From: Squalus acanthias
Lineage: Eukaryota
DNA: 64,000 bases
Assembly (NCBI GenBank): GCA_030390025.1
Contig: CM059432.1
Coordinates: forward strand, 49,974,001 to 50,038,000
Direction: 5' to 3'
The translations under genes were made by a program, and so were the position numbers. Positions 1 to 12,406 of the stretch are shown here, piece by piece (position 1 is the first letter of the stretch; each line of letters begins with the position of its first letter). The notes beneath the pieces are model-generated. The model ran no database searches, was not told the DNA's origin, and saw only the letters and a list, made by a program, of their open reading frames with translations.

Positions 1-258
1 AGAGACAAATTTGGCCCCAATATTAATATGAAGGCAGCCTCCGAGCTGGGGAGGGGGGTGAGGTGGAATTGCATGGGGGAAACCCGGAAGTCAACTGAGC
101 GGGTCGGAATCTTCCATTGCAACTCAATTGTACCAATTCATTTTGACTTCTGGGTTACATGTCTATAAGCTGCGCAGTGGGTGTGAGACACACCCGCATG
201 AACGATCTCAGCTGTATTGAAAGGGACAATGCACAAATGTAAATTGGTTGTGTTAACG

Positions 259-2047
259 ATGGATGCTGGAGATATAGCAAGTGCAACACCCAGATTTAAT
301 GTCGCCTCACTGGAATTACTGCTGGGTGCAGTCAGGAGGAGAAGGGACATACTTTCCCCCAGCAATGGGAGGCTGAAACCTGCTGCTCTCACCAAGAAGT
401 TGTGGCTGTATGTAGCTGAGTAGGTGAGCAGAGGGAGCGTTATGCCCAGGTCATGGATGCAATATAGGAAGTAGTTTAATGACATAACCAAGTCAGGAAA
501 AGTGAGTACATTTGCTGATTCAACTACATTATGTGCTTTAAGCCCCTGCCTTTTCACTCTATCTTGCTAAGTGTTCTCCATCATATCACTCCTCACACCC
601 ACTCAACTTTCAGCAGCACCCATCCTACACTTTCGATGCATTTCATCACCTCTACATTTATCCATTCACCGTTGACACTCACCCCAATCCTTATGCAATG
701 TGATGCATCTGTCTCATAGTCACCCTCACCGAATCCATCGGATGAATACATGACCTTCACTCACTCACAGGTCCGTTTTTTCACTCCTTTTAGGAGAAGA
801 GAGTGCAAAACGCAAGGGAGAGGGACAGGACTGGAGGTGGGCTGCCACAAATGGTCCAGCTCACTGATGCAGAGAAGGACATCCTGGAGATTATTGGCAC
901 ATCTACGTCCCTCTCAGTTGGAGATAGAGAGACAGGGAGTTCACAGATAGCTGGTGACAGAATTACAAATCTCTCTGACACACATATGATGACTTTATTT
1001 CATCAATGACTAAACTATGAGAAGACTGAATGTGGTGATTGTCAAGATTGTGAGTTTGCTACAACTAAATCATATCCCTTCCTTTTGTCTTCCAAGGTTT
1101 TTACCCGTACAGCAAGCATCGCAGTACATCCATGAGGACCATTCCTCAGAGGACCTCATTCTTTCTGAGGGTGCATTGTGACAGGACACACAGTTATGCA
1201 TCAGCTCAGATAGTTGCACTTTGGTGGGTCCCCTTAGACTGTTATTTGTGTTTTCACCTGGTGATTCACACCTCACAAGTGAGCATGAGTAGACACTGGT
1301 GACAGGAACAGCTGTGGAGAGTCTGCATCGGGGGATGTAATGCTCTCCAAGCTCTGTTCAGCTGGACACAGATGCTGAACCCCAGGGCCATCATTGAGAA
1401 GGAGAATGCTAGAGCTGCATGAGCAACTTAGCCAGGTACTAGCAGACATGCCAAGCACACTCTCCACAATAGCAGAGAGGATGTGGATTGGTGGTACAGG
1501 AAATTACAAGCATGTCTACCATGGATAGAATGGTCGCCTCCATGGAGCTTCAAACATGGCTCTCACATGAGTCCATGCAGGCTATGAACACGGCCATGCA
1601 GACTTTAATGCCACCTTGTCTGCCACCTTAAACAGGATCACAGATACCTTATCTGTTGCCTTACAATGTGTCACTGATCTCCACCAAGCTGGTCTGCAGC
1701 AGAGTGGCAGGAGTGATGTGGTATTGGCCCAGGCGAGGGATGATGGCAAAAGGGGACATGGAAGTGGGAACTCCACACAAAGTGCTCCCACTTCTCACCC
1801 GTTATCCCCCGCTCAGCCAATACCCGACATGCTGCCTTGTCTCCCGATGGCCGAGTCTGCCCCTGCGCAGGTGCAGGTGGAGCAATCTTTGGCAAGGTCC
1901 ACAGGGGCTCCAAAACCCAGAGGACATAGGCCAAAAGCAGCTCAACAGTCAGGGCAGGGATCTGAGCAGCCTGTCGCTACCTCTGCTGAAGCCACACAGG
2001 AAGCACCATGTAGAAGCAGTAGGAAGCGTAAGTTGAAGAGATTGTAG
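259..2047 (+). pseudogene. Degraded multi-exon Myb/SANT-like accessory gene of a PIF/Harbinger transposon
   Basis: Translates as PRFNVASLELLLGAVRRRRDIL..LWLYVAE*VS...RSWMQYRK*FNDITKSGK, then GTGAGT donor at 502. Exon 2 follows TTTTAG (793): ERDRTGGGLPQ..LTDAE. Basic C-terminus RSSRKRK. Same layout as the intact gene at 37606-39428; in-frame stops present. Confidence 0.8.
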
Positions 2048-2516
2048 GACACCAAGGGTATACAGATGGGTGTTTGAAAAAATATTTCACACTAGGTGAA
2101 GCTTCACAATAGAATTATAGAATCATAGAGAAAAAAATTTAGGGCCACCAAAGTGCTGCCAGTGTCACCAGCAACTCGGGTTAACAGCCACTGAAAATGG
2201 ACGAAGCACTACCAGGGAAAAATTCGCGAAAGATTTTTAGTCCAGCATTAACTTACCATGTAAGACCCTCCTGGTGATGTTAGTGCCGGTCTGTGGGTCA
2301 AAGTTCCCGTCCTGAAGCGGTGTCCCAGTTTTTAACAGCCTCGGGAAGCAAGGCTATGGAGTTCGCTGGGAATAGTGGGAAATTAAAAGGGCAATGTATT
2401 GAAAGGGCAATGCCTTCTGAACTAATAAAAATTAAAATGAAGTGAAAAAAATGCAGTTTTCTGCCCTTATTGCCTTAAAAAAAATGAACATTAAAAAGAA
2501 GTCCCAAGGGTTGTAG

Positions 2517-4040
2517 GCAGAAGGCTGGAAATTATAGACCAGTTAGCCTAACATCTGTGGTGGGTAAAATTTTGGAGTCTATTATTAAGGAAACAGTAAC
2601 GGAACATTTAGATAAACATAATTTAATAAGACAAAGTCAGCATGGCTTTATGAAGGGGAAGTCATGTCTGACAAATTTGCTCGAGTTCTTTGAGGACATA
2701 ACGTACAGGGTGGATAAAGGGGAACCAGTGGATGTAGTGTATTTAGACTTCCAGAAGGCATTCGACAAGGTGCCACATAAAAGATTATTGCTCAAGATAA
2801 AAAATCACTGGATTGGGGGTAATATTCTGGCATGGGTGGAGGATTGGTTATCTAACAGGAAGCAGAGAGTTGGGATAAATGGTTCATTCTCGGATTGGCA
2901 ACCAGTAGCCAGTGGTGTTCCGCAGGGGTCGGTGCTGGGTCCCTAACTCTTTACAATCTATATTAACGATTTGGAGGAGGGGACCGAGTGTAACATATCA
3001 AAGTTTGCAGATGATACAAAGATGGGAGGGAAAGTAGAGAGTGAGGAGGACATAAAAAACCTACAAGGGGATATAGATAGGCTGGGTGAGTGGGCAGAGA
3101 TTTGGCAGATGCAATACAATATTGGAAAATGTGAGGTTATGCACTTTGGCAGGAAAAATCAGAGAGCAAGTTATTATCTTAATGGCGAGAAACTGGAAAG
3201 TACTGCAGTACAAAGGGATCTGGGGGTCCTAGTGCAAGAAAATCAAAAAGTTAGTATGCAGGTGCAGCAGGTGATCAAGAAGGCCAATGGAATGTTGGCT
3301 TTTATTGCTAGGGGGATAGAATATAAAAACAGGAAGGTATTGTTGCAGTTGTATAGGGTATTGGTGAGACCGCACCTGGAGTACTGCAGACAGTTTTGGT
3401 GTCCATACTTAAGAAAAGACATACTTGCTCTCTAGGCAGTACAAAGAAGGTTCACTCGGTTAATTCCGGGGATGAGGGGGTGGACATACAAGGAAAGGTT
3501 GAGTAGATTGGGACTCTACTCATTGGAGTTCAGAAGAATGAGAGGCGATCTTATTGAAACATATAAGATTGTGAAGGGGCTTGATCGGGTCGACGCGGTG
3601 AGGATGTTCCCAATGATGGGTGAAACTAGAACTAGGGGACATAATCTTAGAATAAGGGGCTGCTCGTTCAAAACTGAGATGAGGAGAAACTTTTTCACTC
3701 AGAGGGTAGTGGGTCTGTGGAATTTGCTACCCCAGGAAGCTGTGGAAGCTACATCATTAAATAAATTTAAAACAGAAATAGACCGTTTACTAGAAGTAAA
3801 GGGAATTAGGGGTTACGGGGAGCGTGCTGGAAATTGGACATGAGTTTGAGTTCGGATCGGTCAAGGCCCTGTGGGTGGCGGAGCGGGCCCAGGGGCCGAG
3901 TGGCCTGGTCCTGCTCCTACTTCTTGTGTTCTTTAGAGTTGAGGTTGGATCAGATCAGCCATGATCTCATTGAATGGCAGAGCAGGCTCGAGGGGCCGAT
4001 TGGTCTACTCCTGCTCCTATTTCTTATGTTCTTATGTTCT
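2517..4040 (+). mobile_element. 5'-truncated CR1 LINE (family A), RT region plus 3' UTR
   Basis: ORFs 2557-3843 with QHGF, YLDFQKAFDKVPH, GVPQGSVLGP, KFADD; stops; (TTATGTTC)n tail at ~4021-4040. Confidence 0.95.
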
Positions 4041-4510
4041 AAATGGGAGTCTTCAGCTCATAAAGCTGAATTCCCTTCCAAAACTCATAAAATGGGAAAA
4101 GTGCTTCAGCACTAACACAAATGGCTCAGCAAACCAGGGAAGGGGCACCCAGGGTCTCGCACGCAGCACTCCAACTTTGTGCAGTGGGTCAACACTGCAC
4201 GAGAGGTCCTCTACCCACAGGGGCCAGGAAACCTTCAAGAAAGAAGGATCCTGGGACCACATCACCGAGGCTTCATGACCTCAGACCACTGATCAAAGTC
4301 AGTGAATGCATCTTCAAAAGCCGTCTCCTACCAACTGCACCACTAGCCTCACACACTTCTCAATGCATGACTCCCCCCTCAATCACTCACCTACCAGCAT
4401 TGTGTGTGAATCACGAGGCACCTCTCCCATTCCTAGCCGCACCTCACCCCCTTTGAGGAGACGGTCACTCTTGGCGGGGGCAGGGCTGAGTCCTTGGCCA
4501 GCGGCGGGGT

Positions 4511-4645
4511 AGAAACATAGAAACATAGAAACATAGAAACATAGAATCTAGGAGCAGGAGTAGGCCATTCGGCCCGTCGAGCCTGCTCCGCCATTCAATA
4601 CGATCATGGCTGATCATCCAAATCCAGTACCCTGTCCCTGCTTTA
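4511..4645 (-). mobile_element. CR1 3' terminal fragment
   Basis: (AGAAACAT)n = reverse of the CR1 tail, followed by the reverse of the conserved CR1 3' UTR. Confidence 0.85.
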
Positions 4646-4649
4646 ATCC

Positions 4650-4880
4650 CCACAGTACACATATCCCACCCTACCCCCGTAACCCCACGTATTTAATTCG
4701 CCCTAACATATCCCATCCTATCCCCATAACTCCACATATTTAATCCCCCCTAACACTAAGGGTCAATTTATCATAGCCAAATCAACCTAACCCACACATT
4801 TTTGGACTGTGGGAGGAAACCGGAGCACCCGGAGGAAACCCACGCAGACACGGGGAGAATGTGCAAACTCCACACAGACA
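4650..4880 (-). mobile_element. V-SINE (HE1-like) fragment
   Basis: TTGGACTGTGGGAGGAAACCGGAGCACCCGGAGGAAACCCACGCAGACACGGGGAGAATGTGCAAACTCCACACAGACA is the reverse complement of the V-domain seen in 21134-21446. Confidence 0.85.
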
Positions 4881-5661
4881 GGATGCAAGATGCTGGTATC
4901 CTCATACGTTATCCTCCTACTGGCATGCAGCTCTTGCTTTACCGCCCCCACTCACCACAACTCCACCCTTGTGCCTTCCTCATTTCACATACCCAAGAAA
5001 TGCAGCCTGCCCAGCCAATGGTTGGCCAAGAAGAGGGAGAGTAGCGAGAAAAGAAGAAGAAGAGGGAGAGTAGTGAGAAAAGAAGAGGGAGAGGAGAGAG
5101 AAAAGAAGAAGAAGAAACACCATCCCTTGATTTGACACTCCCAGCCACCAGCTCCTCAAGATCAACCAGTAAGGCCATCTGCAGTGTCTCCCACTGAAAG
5201 TCAGCAGCCTTCCACCAGCCATGCTGCAGCCACTGGGGTAGCACTGCGTGATATCAGTAGGATAGGCAAAGGCACACACAAGACAGACACTAAGAGAATG
5301 CATAAGGGTGATGAGTTGATTTGTTGATGTCATATTGGATGGATAGATGTTTAAAGTTGGATTGGAAAGTTTGCTTTGTGGTGGCTTTTATTTCAGCATT
5401 GTGGCCAAGAGGAGGCTGTGATGGTCAGTAACAGAGGGAAGGTAAGGTGTGCGACTAATGTTGAAAGGGGAATTGGGGTTGTGGTCACTGGGACTGCAGG
5501 CGGATGATTCCATCCCAGATATCCCAACCTGAAAGGGACTGTCTAGGTTGCATTCTTCCTTCTGCTTCCTCCTCTACGGCTTCATCCTCTTCAGTTTCCT
5601 CCTCTTCGGCTTCTCCCTCTTCTGTTTCTTCCTCTTCTGCATCTTCCTTTTCCCTTTGCGA

Positions 5662-5803
5662 GCGGATGCTGTAAATCTGAAATGACAGCATAAAATGCTG
5701 GAAATACTCAGCAGGTCAGGCAGCATCTTGACCTGAGACGTGAATTCTGTTTCTATCTCCACTGCTGTTGCCTGACCTGCTGCGTATTTGCAGCATTTTC
5801 TGT
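5662..5803. mobile_element. Inverted pair of Penelope pseudo-LTR 3' fragments
   Basis: AAAATGCTGGAAATACTCAGCAGGTCAGGCAGCA followed by its near reverse complement TGTTGCCTGACCTGCTGCGTATTTGCAGCATTTT; both match 12364-12400. Confidence 0.75.
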
Positions 5804-6039
5804 CTTCTCAGAGGCCTTCCTTTACCATCCGATGGTCCTGCAAGCATCCAGCAGCACTCCCTGCACACTTAAAAAACTTTTAATATCTTTTGCAGCAAAC
5901 CACTACTTCAGTAAAATTTTAAAAAAGTCCAAAAGCTGAAATGCAAATTTACCTGAAAGATGTGTGTGTCCCTTTAAGAGGTGCTGACAGCGCCTCTGTG
6001 AGTTTGTTTGCTCGCTGGGTTTACCTGGCATGTTTAGGT

Positions 6040-6375
6040 CATAGAAACATAGAAACATAGAAGATAGGAGCAGGAGTAGGCCATTCGGGCCCTCGAGCCT
6101 GCTTCGCCATTCAATGCAATCATGGCTGATCATCCAAATTCAGTACCCTGTCCCTGCTTTCTCCCCATATCCCTTGGTCCCTTTAGCCTTAAGAAATATA
6201 TCTAACTCCTTCTTGAATATATTTAATGAATTGGCCTCAACTGCCTTCTGTGGCAGAGAATTCCACAGGTTCACCACTCTCTGGGTGAAGAAATTCCTCC
6301 TCATCTCAGTCCTAAATGGCTTACCCCTTATCCTTGGACTGTGACCCCTGGTTCTGGACTCCCCCACCATCAGTC
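6040..6375 (-). mobile_element. CR1 3' fragment
   Basis: ORF 6140-6382 GESRTRGH..FRTEMRRNFFTQRVVNLWNSLP plus tail repeats. Confidence 0.9.
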
Positions 6376-6909
6376 CCAGCACTGAACTCAGCGTAAAGAT
6401 CCAAGTTCGCCGTGGTGACGTTAAGTTGGCGTTGCACGCTGACTGATGTCACCTCGCCCTCATTTTACTTTGCTGGCCGACGGATGCTACCGGCAGCGCT
6501 GCCGGGCCTGGGAAAATGGAGGATGCCGGGGGGACCCGCCACCAGCTGGTGAAAGAGCAGCAGCTGCCCTCTTTTCATGATTTTTTGACTGTAACAGGTG
6601 GCGTAACGCCCCCGAATTTTTAACCCGTAGAATCATAGAAATTTGCGGCACAGGAGGCCGCCATTCGGCCATCGTGTCTGTGCCAGCCGAGAAAGAGCTA
6701 TCCAGCCTAATCCCACTTTCCGGCGGTTGATACGTAGCCCTGTAGGTAACAGCACTGCAAGTGCGTATCCAAGTACTTGTTAAATGCGTTGAGGGTTTTT
6801 GCCTCTACCACCCTTTTAGGCAGTGTGTTCCAGACCCCCACCACGTGCTGGGTGAAAAAGTTCTCCTCAACTCCCCTTTAATCCTTCTACCAATGGCTTT
6901 AAATCTATG

Positions 6910-7129
6910 AGAAGTCGCACAACACCAGGTTATAGTCCAACAGATTTATTTAAAATTACAAGCTTTCGGAGCTATCCTGCCCCTTCTTCAGGTAAAGTTA
7001 CACTGAGTGAATCTACAAAAGTTCACAATATAAACACAGATACTACAGAGATACAATCTTTCCTTACATCAAAGACACACCAAGAGCACAGCCAAGACAA
7101 TGAGATGTGTCCCAGGGGGCCCAAACCAA
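6910..7129 (-). mobile_element. 220-bp non-coding Penelope-type terminal-repeat insertion with hammerhead motif
   Basis: Flanked by a perfect 12-bp duplication TTTAAATCTATG (6898-6909 and 7130-7141) inside the CR1; contains the hammerhead below. Confidence 0.8.
6956..6995 (-). ncRNA. Minimal type I hammerhead ribozyme motif
   Basis: Minus strand UUAC-CUGAAGA-A-GGGGC-AGGAUA-GCUCC-GAAA-G-CUU^GUAA: helix I UUAC/GUAA, helix II GGGGC/GCUCC, palindromic loopless helix III. Confidence 0.8.
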
Positions 7130-8309
7130 TTTAAATCTATGCCCATTGGTTATTGTCCTCTCTGCTAAGGCAAATAGGTCCTTCTGATCCACTCTATCTA
7201 GGCCCTTCATAATTTTATACACCTCAATTAAGTCTCCTCAGCCTCCTCTGTTCAAAAGAAAACAACCCCAGCCTATCCAATCTTCCCTCATAGATAAAAT
7301 TCTCCAGTCCTGGCAACATCTTCGTAAATCTCCTTTTTACCCTCTCTAGTCTAATCACATATTTCCTGTAATGTGGTGACCAGAACTGTACGCAGTAGTC
7401 TAGCTGTAGCCTATTATACAGTTCAAGCATAACCTCCCTGCTCTTATATTCTATGCCTCAGCTAATAAAGGAAAGTATCCCGTATGTCTTCTTAACTACC
7501 TTATCTACCTATCCAGCTGCCTTCAGGGATCTGTGGACATACACTCCAAGGTCCCTCTGTTCCTCTACACTTCTCAGTATCCTACCATTTATTGTGTATT
7601 CCCTTGTCTTGTTAACCCTCCCCAAGTGCATTAGCTCACACTTCTCCAGACTGAAATCCATTTCCCACTTTTCTGTCCACCTGACCAGTCTATTGATATC
7701 TTCCTGCAGTCTACAGCTTTCTTCCTCACTATCAACCACAATGCCAATTTTTGTATATCTGCAAATTTCTTAACCATGGCCCCTACATTGAACTCTAAAT
7801 CATTGATATATATCATGAAATGCCAGGGACCTAGTACTGAGCCCTGCGGAACCCCACTGTAAACAGCCTTCCAGTCACAAAAACAGCCATCGGCCATTAC
7901 CCTTTGCTTCCTGCCACTGAGCCAATTTTGGATCCAACTTGCCACTTTCCCTTGCACTTTTACTTTTCTGACCAGTCTGCCATGTGGGACCTTGTCAAAA
8001 CCCTTGCTAAAATCCATGTAGACTACATCAAACTTCCTACCCTCAGCCTTGTTACCTCCTCAAAAAATTTAATCAAGTTAGTCAGACACGACCTTCCCTT
8101 AACAAATCAATTGTCCTTGATTAATCCATGCCTTTCTAAATGACGATTAATACTGTCCCTCAGAATTTTTTCCAATAATTTGCTGACTGCAAGGTTAGGC
8201 TGACTGGCCTGTAACTACTCGGTCTATCCCTTTCTCCCTTTTTAAATAACGGTACAACATTAGCAGTCCTCCAGTCCTCAGGCACCACACCTGTAGCCAG
8301 AGGTGATAG

Positions 8310-8661
8310 TAGGGAATGCCTGGCATCCCGGGCAGCAATGTAAGCAGCTGGTCTTGCGATGGGTGCCCCTTCCTCCTCCTGCTGCTACTCCTATTCCTCT
8401 TCTATGTTCTCCGTATTCAAAGATGAGTGATGAGCCCATTCGTCCTCCTCCACCTTCAATCATCTACTGCGTAATATTGTGCAGGACACAGAACACCACT
8501 ATTATTCTGGATACCCTCACTGGTGAGTACTGAAGGGCGCCTCCAAACCTACCTAGGCACCTGAAGTGCATCCTCAACATTCCAATGGCTTTTTCGATGA
8601 CACACCTGGTGGTTATGTGGCTCTCGTTGAAGCGCTCCTGCGCCTCATTGGTGGGGTTCCT
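8310..8661 (-). pseudogene. Harbinger DDE transposase C-terminal fragment
   Basis: RNPTNEAQERFNESHITTRCVIEKAIGMLRMHFRCLGRFGGALQYSP..CVLHNI, homologous to 39723-40271. Confidence 0.9.
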
Positions 8662-9175
8662 CACAGGTGTCTACCCTATCGAATTCATTAAACATTTTAA
8701 ACATCTCAATCAGATCACCCCTCAATCTTCTATATTCAAGGGAATATAAATCAAGTTTATGCAACCTGTCCTCATAATTTAAGCCTTCAAGCCCCAATAT
8801 CATTCTGGTGAATATGCGCTGTACCCCCTCCAAGGCCAATATATCTTTCCTGAGGTGCGGTGCCTAGAATTGAATACAATACTCTAAATGGTGTCTAACC
8901 AGAGCTTTATATAACTGTAACTTAACTTCCATCCCTTTGCATTCCAGCCTCCTTAAGATAAAGTCAAGCATTCCATTAGCCTTTTTGATTACATTTTGTA
9001 CCTGTTCACTTTTAGTGATTTGTGTAGCTAGACACTCAAATCTCTTTGCAAACCTCCACAGTTTCTAGTTTCTCACAATTTAGAAAATACACTGATTTGT
9101 CTTTCTTGGATCTAAAGTGGATGACCTCATACTTCCCCACATCGAACTCCATCTGCCACAGTTTTGCCCAATCAC
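8662..9175 (-). mobile_element. CR1 internal fragment inserted in the Harbinger relic
   Basis: ORF 8645-8839 LEGVQRIFTRMI..YSLEYRRLRGDLIE. Confidence 0.85.
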
Positions 9176-10329
9176 CTCAGCGATGACATGTGCTTTGATG
9201 TGTCTTGCAGAAATGCTCCCCAAGTCTCCTTTTTCCATCCTGTGTGCTCCCCCTTCTCCATGATAATGGCATACAAGTATCTGCCCATAGGGAATGCCAT
9301 ACATGTTCCTTAGAACCTCTGACTGTGGGCAGTGGGTTGGGGTCAGATAATTTACCAGTGGTCTGACCTTTGAGAAGTAGTAAGAAGCAAGTTGAGGTGT
9401 GTGTAGGCAGAATGGCAACAAAAAAAATAATTTAAATAGCATTTCTCAGCAGCAAAAATCTGTACTCAAACTCTCCAGAGTCTACAAGCTCACAAACTCC
9501 TCATTTCTGTCTGTATCAACTGATAATGGCCATTGCTGCACCTCATAAATCTCAGTCCAAGTTACCCAAAGTGCATTAGCAGTGCAAACCCAAGAAACTG
9601 GCAGCTGCTATGCCACTGGCTCTCATTTTGACATATGTAAATGAGGCCAGCAGGGACACAGGAATGCTCAAAATACATGGAGGAAACTGAGGGGAAGTGT
9701 TTTAAAGACACAAAAGCAGTGGAAATGACCTCCACCCTAATTTCCTCACTAAACAATTCCTATGCTATTTATACACATGTAATGCAATGACACCTGGCAG
9801 GACTAATCCTCTCTGAATAGCATAATTGTGCAACATATTGTGCAGTGATAATTCTTGACACCCTTCCCGGGCTGTATTGCAAGTATCCTCGAGACCTATC
9901 GAGGCACCTGAAGCAGGACTTTAACAAGACAATTTTCCGCTCGATTACAATTCGAGTGAAATCTGGGGCCTCATTATACCTGTTCTCCACTGCTAAGCTT
10001 GGATATTGGAGAGGTGTCATCAGGCATGGCTTCAGGGGTATCCCTGGTGTCCAATCAACCAAGCTGAAACTGTGTTCTGGCTTAACAATGCAGTTTTTGT
10101 TGGTTGATGAAGTACAAATGAGTCATGGCAGTTTCCTGGGTAGTGCACATTGACATGCAAAATTATATGATTAGCATCACACATTAACTGCATATTAATT
10201 GAATAATAAACCTTCCTGTTGAGAAAATTGAGGTAGTTCTCATATTTGACCTTCAAAGCTTACGAGAGTATCATCAATAGCACCCTGTACCTGGAGAATT
10301 ACTGGTATTCTATAAGAGTTTACAGTTTG

Positions 10330-12406
10330 CACTTGCGCAGGCTTGCGGAGGCTGATCACTAACTCTCTGATGCCTCCTCCTACCTTCCCCTGGACCATGA
10401 CCCCACTACCGAACATCAAGCCATCATTTCCAAGACTGTCACTGACCTCATCTCCTCTGGAGATCTTCCCTCCATGGCCGCCAACCTCATAGTCCCCCAA
10501 CCCCGCAGAGCCCGCTTCTACCACCTTTCCAAGATCCACAAACAGGGCTGTCCTGGTAGATCCATCGCTTCAGCCTGTTCTTGCCCCACGGAACTGATTT
10601 CTTCCTATCTCAACTCTATTTTTTCTCCCCTTGTCCAGTCTCTTCCTCTGCCCTCCACCACTTTAACAGTCTCCAGTTTCCTGGCCCCAACCATCTTCTT
10701 TTCACTATGGACATCCAATCCCTCTACACCTCCATCCCCCACCAGGATGGCCTGAGGGCGCTCCACTTCTTCCTTGAACAGAGGCCCAACCAGTCCCCAT
10801 CCACCACCACTCTCCTCCGCGTGGCTGAACTTGTTCTCACATTGAACAACTTCTCCTTTGACTCCACTCACTTCCTCCAAATTAAAGGTGTTGCTATGGG
10901 AACCCACCTGGGTCCTAGCTATGCCTGCCTTTTCGTGGGATATGTGGAACATTCTTTGTTCCAGTCCAGTCAGGTCCCCTCCCGCACCTCTGTTTCTGGT
11001 ACACTGATGACTGTATTGGTGCCGTTTCCTACTCTTGCCCTGAACTAGAAAATTTCATTCTCTTTGCTTCCAATTTCCACCCTTCCCTCACCTTCACATG
11101 GTTCATCTCCGACTCTTCCCTTCCCTTCCTCGACTTATCTGTCTCCATTTCTGGGGATAGGCTATTGACAAACATTCACCATAAGCCCACTGACTCCCAC
11201 AGCTATCTGGACAACACTTCTTCCCACCCCGCTTCCTGTAAGGACTCTATTCCATTCTCCCAGTTTCTCCATCTCCGTCGCATCTGCTCTGACGATGCCA
11301 CCTTCCATACTAGTGCTTCCAATATGTCTTCCTTTTTCCTCAACCGAGGATTCCCCTCAACCATGGTTGACATGGCCCTCGACCGTGTCCGTTCTATTTC
11401 CCGCACTTCTGCTCTCACCCCTTTCCCTCCCTCCCAGAACCACGATAGGGTTCCCTTTGTCCTCACCTTTCATCCCACCAGCCTCCACATTCAACGGATC
11501 ATCCTCCGCCATTTCCGTCACCTCCAGCATGATCCCACCACCAAATGCATCTTCCCCTCACCTCCCCTTTCAGCATTCCGAAGGGACTGCTCCCTCCTTG
11601 ACACCCTGGCCCACTCCTCAATCATCCCCAACACCCTCTCCCTTTCCCACGGCACCTTCCCAGGCAAGCATAGGAGATGCAACACCTGCCGTTTACCTCC
11701 TCCCTTCCCACTGTCCAGGGCCCCAAATACTCCTTCCAGGTGAAACAGCAATTTACTTGTACTTCTTGCAATTTAGTATACTGTATTCGCTGCTCACAAT
11801 GCGGTCTCCTCTACATTGGGGAGACCAAACGCAGATTGGGCGACCGCTTTGCGGAACACCTCCATTCAGTCCGTAAGGGTGACCCTAAGGTTCCGGTCGC
11901 CTGTCACTTTAATTCTCCGTTCCACTCCCTCTCTGACCTCTCCGTCCTCGGCCTCTTACACTGTTCCAACGAAGCTCAACATAAACTCGAGGAACAGCAC
12001 CTCATCTTTTGATTAGGCACTTTACAGCATTCTGGACTCAACATCGAGTTCAACAATTTCAGATCAAAACTCTGCTGCTATTTTTTTTTCACATGGCAGC
12101 TGTTGATAATTCTGCCATTCTCATTCACACCTCATCTGGACTCATCTTTTGTTTCTTAACTTGTCCCATTACCATCTCCTTTTGCCTTGCACCATCATCC
12201 CTGTTGTCTTTTAATCTCTCCTGTCTTCCCTTTTATTCTTTCCTCCCCTCCCCCCTTTCCCTGCCCCTGCACTTGCTTAAAAATCTGTTACATCTCTAAC
12301 TTTTTCCAGTTCTGATGAAGGGTCATCGACCTGAAACGTTAACTCTGTTTCTCTCTCCACAGATGTTGCCTGACCTGCTGAGTATTTCCAGCATTTTCTG
12401 TTTTTA
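10330..12406 (+). mobile_element. Penelope-like retroelement (RT + GIY-YIG endonuclease), frameshifted, 5'-truncated
   Basis: FYHLSKIHK, TMDIQSLYTSIPH, KGVAMGT, CTSCNLVYCIRCSQCGLLYIGETKRRLGDRFAEH; 10-bp TSD TTACAGTTTG at 10320-10329 and 12407-12416. Confidence 0.93.
12308..12344 (+). ncRNA. Minimal type I hammerhead ribozyme motif in Penelope pseudo-LTR
   Basis: AGUU-CUGAUGA-A-GGGUC-AUC-GACCU-GAAA-C-GUU^AACU; helix I AGUU/AACU; palindromic AACGUU helix III. Confidence 0.85.

Larger units (their letters stand above)
4090..6626. mobile_element. Fragmented PIF/Harbinger relic interrupted by CR1, SINE and Penelope pieces
   Basis: 5202-5238 CAGCAGCCTTCCACCAGCCATGCTGCAGCCACTG matches the Myb-gene 3' part at 39312-39346. 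An acidic transposase-like tail lies on minus at 5485-5650. TIR-like end AATTTTTAACCC at ~6615-6626. Confidence 0.6.
6627..8300 (-). mobile_element. CR1 LINE fragment (family D), RT region
   Basis: ORFs 7224-8017 MDFSKGFDKVPH, GVPQGSVLGP, KKFAD; (TTCTATGA)-type tail at ~6627-6640. Confidence 0.9.
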
